Assembly (NCBI GenBank): GCA_037380845.1
Contig: JARRRI010000004.1
Location: 78,281-142,280, forward strand
Source: Candidatus Sulfobium sp.
GTDB lineage: Bacteria > Nitrospirota > Thermodesulfovibrionia > Thermodesulfovibrionales > UBA6898
Reading direction: 5' to 3'
Length of the DNA: 64,000 nucleotides
A program made the translations under genes and the position numbers. The notes under the pieces are model-generated. The model was not told the origin of the DNA, ran no database searches, and saw only the letters and a program-made list of their open reading frames with translations. Below, in pieces: positions 59,273 to 64,000 of this stretch. Numbering within the stretch: position 1 is the first letter of the stretch; every line of letters begins with the position of its first letter.

Positions 59273-60475
59273 ATGGTCAACAGAATAGTCCTTGCCTACT
59301 CGGGCGGGCTGGATACGTCGGTAGCGATAGAGTGGCTGAAAGAGACATATGGTGCGGACGTGATCGCCTTTTGCGCTGACCTGGGACAGGGCGATGACCT
59401 CGGGAAGGTAAGAAAGAAGGCCGTGGAGACCGGTGCTTCAAAGGTATACGTCGAAGACCTTAGAGAAGATTTCGTCAGGGATTATATCTTCCCGATGCTG
59501 AGGGGGAACGCTGTCTATGAGGGGTTTTATCTTCTGGGGACATCGATCGCCAGGCCGCTTATCGCAAAGAAACAGGTGGAAATAGCCGAAAAGGAGGGCG
59601 CCGACGCGGTGGCGCATGGCGCCACGGGCAAGGGTAATGATCAGGTCAGGTTCGAGCTGACATATTACGCGCTCAGGCCCGACATAAAGGTCATCGCACC
59701 CTGGAGGGAATGGTCTTTCGATTCGCGGCAGTCGCTCATAGATTACGCGAAAGCCCATTCCATCCCCGTCACGGCGACGAAGAAGAAGCCGTTCAGTACC
59801 GACCGGAACCTCTTCCATATAAGTTATGAAGGGGGGGTGCTTGAAGATCCCTGGACTGAACCCCCTTCGGATATGTATACGATGACGAACCCTCCGGAAA
59901 AGGCCCCGGACAGGCCGGTCTATGTCGAGGTCGGTTTCGCGGAGGGAGATCCGGTCACAATTAACGGTAAAAAGCTTTCACCTGCTGTTCTGATGGAGAA
60001 ACTCAACGCTATCGCCGGTAAGCATGGCATCGGCAGGGTCGACATCGTTGAAAACAGGTTTGTGGGCATGAAATCGAGGGGGGTATATGAGACCCCGGGG
60101 GGGACTCTCCTGCATGTTGCCAGGAAGGCCGTCGAATCCCTCACCCTGGACAGGGAGTTGGCGCACATGCTCGATTCGCTGAGCCCGAGGTATGCTGAAA
60201 TGATTTATTACGGCTACTGGTTTTCGCCCGAGAGGATCGCCCTGCAGAAGATGATCGATGAGGCGCAGAAAAACGTGACCGGAACGGCGCGCCTGAAACT
60301 TTATAAGGGGACCTGTCTCACGGTGGGCAGAAAGTCGCCCCTTTCGCTGTACGATGAGCGGCTGGCGACGTTCGAGGCCGAGGACGTTTATAACCAGAAG
60401 GACGCCGAGGGCTTCATAAGACTGCAGGCCATCCGTCTGAAGGCCAATAGGAGTCTCAGGGAACAGGATGTCTGA
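59273..60475 (+). CDS. argG: Argininosuccinate synthase
   Basis: [35 protein letters not shown]. Confidence 0.98.
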   Translation: MVNRIVLAYSGGLDTSVAIEWLKETYGADVIAFCADLGQGDDLGKVRKKAVETGASKVYVEDLREDFVRDYIFPMLRGNAVYEGFYLLGTSIARPLIAKKQVEIAEKEGADAVAHGATGKGNDQVRFELTYYALRPDIKVIAPWREWSFDSRQSLIDYAKAHSIPVTATKKKPFSTDRNLFHISYEGGVLEDPWTEPPSDMYTMTNPPEKAPDRPVYVEVGFAEGDPVTINGKKLSPAVLMEKLNAIAGKHGIGRVDIVENRFVGMKSRGVYETPGGTLLHVARKAVESLTLDRELAHMLDSLSPRYAEMIYYGYWFSPERIALQKMIDEAQKNVTGTARLKLYKGTCLTVGRKSPLSLYDERLATFEAEDVYNQKDAEGFIRLQAIRLKANRSLREQDV

Positions 60476-61553
60476 GGCAAGGTACTGGATAGGGCTCTCA
60501 CTCGTCCCGGATGTCGGACCGGTCACGTCGCGCAAGCTGCTTGCCGTCATGGGGACCCCCGAGAATATATTCAGGGCCGGGACAAAGGATCTTCTCTCCC
60601 TCAAGGGCTTCAGGAAGGAAACGGCCGATAATATAAGGAACTTCCGGTTCTGGGACGAAGTGGAGCGATATGAGAGGGAAACAAGAAAGAAGGGCATAAG
60701 GGTTGTGGGATTAGACGATCCACTCTATCCCGCGCCACTGAAAGAGATTGAAGGCGCCCCTGTTGTCCTTTACATGACGGGCGAATACCAGCCGGACGAC
60801 AGGTTTGGTATCGCTGTCGTAGGGTCGAGAAAATATACGTATTACGGGGAGTCGGTGACCCAGAAGATCGCGGGGGAGCTTTCTGCTGCGGGTTTTACAA
60901 TCGTCAGCGGTCTGGCCAGGGGGGTGGACACCCTTTCCCACAAGAGCGCGCTGGCGTCGGGCGGCAGGACGATAGCGGTGCTGGGATCGGGCTCTGACAT
61001 ATGTTATCCTTCAGAGAACAGGGGCCTCATGGAAAAGATTGCATCATCAGGGTGCGTGATAAGCGAGTTCCCCCCCGGTACCGCTCCGAACAGGGAGAAT
61101 TTCCCGAGGAGGAACAGGCTGATCAGCGGGCTTGCCCTCGGAGTGCTGGTCGTTGAGGCCGCTCCCGAAAGCGGCTCCCTCATAACTGCTAATTATGCGC
61201 TCGAACAGAACAAAGAAGTCTTTGCCGTACCCGGCAATATAACGTCCCCCAATTCGGAGGGCACGAACAGGCTTATCAGGCAGGGGGCCAAGCTGGTGAT
61301 GAAAGCGGGCGATGTTATAGAAGAACTCGCCCCGGTCCTGAAGGGATTCATCACCGCCAGGAAGGAAGAATCGGTTGAGTTGTCCGAAGAGGAGAGGAGT
61401 CTGTGCCGCGCGCTGTCACGGGAGCCCAGGCATATCGACACGGTGACCAGGGAGGTTTCGCTGCCTGCCCACAAAACCCTGGAAGTAATGCTTTCGCTGG
61501 AACTGAAAGGCGTTGTAAGACAGTCCGGCGGCAAGAGATTTTATCTGGCGTGA
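60468..61553 (+). CDS. dprA: DNA-processing protein DprA
   Basis: [33 protein letters not shown]. Confidence 0.96.
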   Translation: MSEARYWIGLSLVPDVGPVTSRKLLAVMGTPENIFRAGTKDLLSLKGFRKETADNIRNFRFWDEVERYERETRKKGIRVVGLDDPLYPAPLKEIEGAPVVLYMTGEYQPDDRFGIAVVGSRKYTYYGESVTQKIAGELSAAGFTIVSGLARGVDTLSHKSALASGGRTIAVLGSGSDICYPSENRGLMEKIASSGCVISEFPPGTAPNRENFPRRNRLISGLALGVLVVEAAPESGSLITANYALEQNKEVFAVPGNITSPNSEGTNRLIRQGAKLVMKAGDVIEELAPVLKGFITARKEESVELSEEERSLCRALSREPRHIDTVTREVSLPAHKTLEVMLSLELKGVVRQSGGKRFYLA

Positions 61554-61554
61554 G

Positions 61555-61845
61555 GTGAATTTGTCAAAAAAACTGTTGCAGATACTGAAGATGCTGACCA
61601 AGGATGTGAAAGACGTCGAATTCTATTCGGAGGAGATGCTAAACACCTTCTCCTATGACGAACAGGAGCTTCTCGATCTGGGAGAAGAACTGGCAGAGAT
61701 CGAAGCCGGAAAGGGAGTGGACGAGGACGAACTTGACATACTGAAGTCGCTTCTTGTTTATATATTATTGAAGAAAAGTTCGTTCGAGAAGGAAGATATT
61801 TATTCTCTCGTTTTCGGAGGAGGCAGAAGGATTATATGGAATTAG
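61555..61845 (+). CDS. Small acidic hypothetical protein in the Smg/DUF494 position
   Basis: Tightly coupled between dprA and topA. Confidence 0.6.
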   Translation: MNLSKKLLQILKMLTKDVKDVEFYSEEMLNTFSYDEQELLDLGEELAEIEAGKGVDEDELDILKSLLVYILLKKSSFEKEDIYSLVFGGGRRIIWN

Positions 61846-64000
61846 GGAAATCCCTGGTAATTGTCGAATCTCCGGCAAAGGCCAAAACTATAAGCAAGAT
61901 CCTGGGGAAAGATTTCGAGGTGAAGGCATCGGTGGGCCATGTAAAGGACCTGCCGGTGAAAGAGATGGGCATCGACATCGAGAACGATTTCGAGCCGAAT
62001 TTCCTGATCATTCCGGGCAAGGAAAAGGTCATAAGGGAACTGAAGAAGGCCTCGAAAGGGGCTGCGGCGGTTTACCTGGCCCCTGACCCCGACCGGGAGG
62101 GAGAGGCTATCGCCTGGCATATCGCCGAAGAGGTAGACGGCAGGAAGAAGAGTATCTTCAGGATCAGGTTTAATGAGATAACGAAAGACGCAGTCAGGGA
62201 GGCGATCAGGAATCCCGGCAGCATAGACATGCAAAAGGTGGACGCCCAGCTGGCGCGCAGAGTGCTCGACAGGCTGGCCGGATACGAGCTTAGCCCTCTT
62301 CTCTGGAGAAAGGTCAGAAGGGGGCTAAGCGCCGGAAGGGTGCAGTCGGTGGCGGTCCGTCTTGTAGTGGACAGGGAGCGTGAGATAGAGGCCTTCAAGC
62401 CGGAGGAATACTGGTCCATCAATGCGGAGTTCGAAGGCTCAAGCAGGCCGCAGTTCTGGGCGCGGCTTGCCAGGTATGACGGGCGGAAGGCGGACATAAA
62501 GGATTCGGATACCGCCCAGGGAGCGGTCGACGGCGTCCGGAACGGCGAATTTGTCCTTACAAAGATAGAACGTAAAGAGAGGAAGAGGATGCCCTCTCCC
62601 CCTTTCATAACCAGCACCCTCCAGCAGGAGGCTGCGAGAAAGCTGCGCTTTACGGCAAAGAAAACGATGACAGTGGCACAGCAGCTCTATGAAGGCGTGG
62701 AACTCGGCGAGGAAGGGTCGACCGGCCTCATTACTTATATGAGGACGGATTCGATAAGAATAGCGGAAGAGGCACGGAACGGTGCGAGAGAGTTTATCGG
62801 GAAAACCTACGGCAGTGAATACATCCCGGAGAAGCCGAACGTCTTCAAGAGCAAGGCAACGGCCCAGGAAGCCCATGAGGCTGTCCGCCCCACTTATCTT
62901 AGCAGGGGGCCGGAGGATATCAGGCAGTTCCTGAGCAAGGACCAGCACTCACTGTATAAGCTGATATGGAACAGGTTCATAGCAAGTCAGATGGCGCCGG
63001 CGAGGCTTGAGCAGACGACCTTCGAGATAACCTGCGGAAAGACGGCCTGCGGCAGGGAAACCGTATTCAGGGCCACCGGCACCGTGGTCAAATTCCAGGG
63101 GTTCATGGCCCTTTACACGGAGGGGACGGATGATCTCCTGGACGAAAATGAGGCGATTCTTCCCAACCTCAGGGAAGGAGAGCGGCTTAAGCTCCTGCAG
63201 ATCCAGCCGAAACAGCACTTCACGCAGCCCCCGCCGCGTTACAGCGAGGCCACTCTGGTGAAGGCCCTTGAAGAGAAGGGGATAGGCCGGCCGAGCACAT
63301 ACGCGGCCATTCTGTCCACCATTCAGGACAGAAAGTATGTCCACAAGACGGACGGCAAATTCGCTCCGACCGAGCTCGGGGCGGTGGTCAATGACCTGCT
63401 GGTCGACAGGTTCAGCGAACTCATGGACGTGGGGTTTACGGCCAGGATGGAAGAGCATCTCGACAACGTGGAAGAGGGCAAGCTGGAATGGGTTAAGGTG
63501 GTCAGGGACTTCTACAAGCCCTTTCATGAGAAGCTGACCGAGGCCCTTGCCATTCCGGGCAAGGTGAAACCCCAGGACATACCGACCGAGGAATTGTGCG
63601 AGAAATGCGGCAAGCCGATGGTCATCAGGTGGGGCCGGCATGGGAGGTTCATGGCTTGCTCCGGCTTCCCCGAGTGCAAGAACACCAAGCCCCTGGAAGG
63701 CGAAAAGCAGGCGGCGCAGGCCATAGAGACGGACGAAAAATGCCCGAAATGCGGCTCGCCGATGGTGCTTAAGTCCGGCCGTTTCGGCAAATTCTTTGCG
63801 TGTTCGCGTTACCCTGAGTGCAAGACGACAAAACCGGTTGCCACGGGTGTAAAGTGTCCCCAGGACGGCGGCGACCTCGTGGAGCGGCGCTCGAAGAGGG
63901 GCAAGCCCTTCTGGAGCTGCAGCAATTATCCTGAATGTACCTTTGCCACCTGGTACCAGCCGGTCCCCGAGAAGTGCCCGCAGTGCGGGGCGGAGTTCCT
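61836..64000 (+). CDS. topA: DNA topoisomerase I; 3' end runs off the window
   Basis: Manual translation from ATG at 61836: MELGKSLVIVESPAKAKT, DPDREGEAI, SAGRVQS, LITYMRTDS, IGRPSTYA, C-terminal C4 zinc ribbons. Confidence 0.97.
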   Translation, partial: MELGKSLVIVESPAKAKTISKILGKDFEVKASVGHVKDLPVKEMGIDIENDFEPNFLIIPGKEKVIRELKKASKGAAAVYLAPDPDREGEAIAWHIAEEVDGRKKSIFRIRFNEITKDAVREAIRNPGSIDMQKVDAQLARRVLDRLAGYELSPLLWRKVRRGLSAGRVQSVAVRLVVDREREIEAFKPEEYWSINAEFEGSSRPQFWARLARYDGRKADIKDSDTAQGAVDGVRNGEFVLTKIERKERKRMPSPPFITSTLQQEAARKLRFTAKKTMTVAQQLYEGVELGEEGSTGLITYMRTDSIRIAEEARNGAREFIGKTYGSEYIPEKPNVFKSKATAQEAHEAVRPTYLSRGPEDIRQFLSKDQHSLYKLIWNRFIASQMAPARLEQTTFEITCGKTACGRETVFRATGTVVKFQGFMALYTEGTDDLLDENEAILPNLREGERLKLLQIQPKQHFTQPPPRYSEATLVKALEEKGIGRPSTYAAILSTIQDRKYVHKTDGKFAPTELGAVVNDLLVDRFSELMDVGFTARMEEHLDNVEEGKLEWVKVVRDFYKPFHEKLTEALAIPGKVKPQDIPTEELCEKCGKPMVIRWGRHGRFMACSGFPECKNTKPLEGEKQAAQAIETDEKCPKCGSPMVLKSGRFGKFFACSRYPECKTTKPVATGVKCPQDGGDLVERRSKRGKPFWSCSNYPECTFATWYQPVPEKCPQCGAEF

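Overview
Mostly core chromosome of a GC-rich diderm bacterium. Gene content and order suggest Nitrospirota (Thermodesulfovibrionia-like) or a related deltaproteobacterial-type lineage; this is inference. Main blocks are proA-nadD-rsfS-rlmH-lapAB-nif3, tig-clpP-clpX, infB-rbfA-nrnA-truB, pilMNOPQ, aroC-aroK-aroB, phoR-DUF47-pit-pstSCAB-phoU, trpBA-accD-folC-lptD, ribF, atpBE, PBP1A, fur-feoB and argG-dprA-topA. The most interesting element is a four-gene cassette between pilQ and aroC. It encodes two lipoproteins (one with Ig-like domains), a lipoprotein subtilase ending in a Gly-rich/Cys/TM/basic C-terminal sorting signal, and an adjacent CPBP-family intramembrane protease, which together look like a myxosortase/JDVT-CTERM-like sorting pair. 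Other points of note: a free-standing archaeal-type ThrRS editing domain, a MerR/HspR regulator with a Cys-rich CW-repeat tail opposite atpBE, a candidate ~180 nt sRNA, a sigma54-driven cluster of small genes, non-canonical starts (trpB, rsfS), several probably leaderless genes, and dispersed REP-like repeats. Three abrupt junctions (trmH 5' end, pilM 5' end, aroC internal) may be real deletions or assembly/gap artefacts. No rRNA, tRNA, CRISPR array or transposase was recognised.
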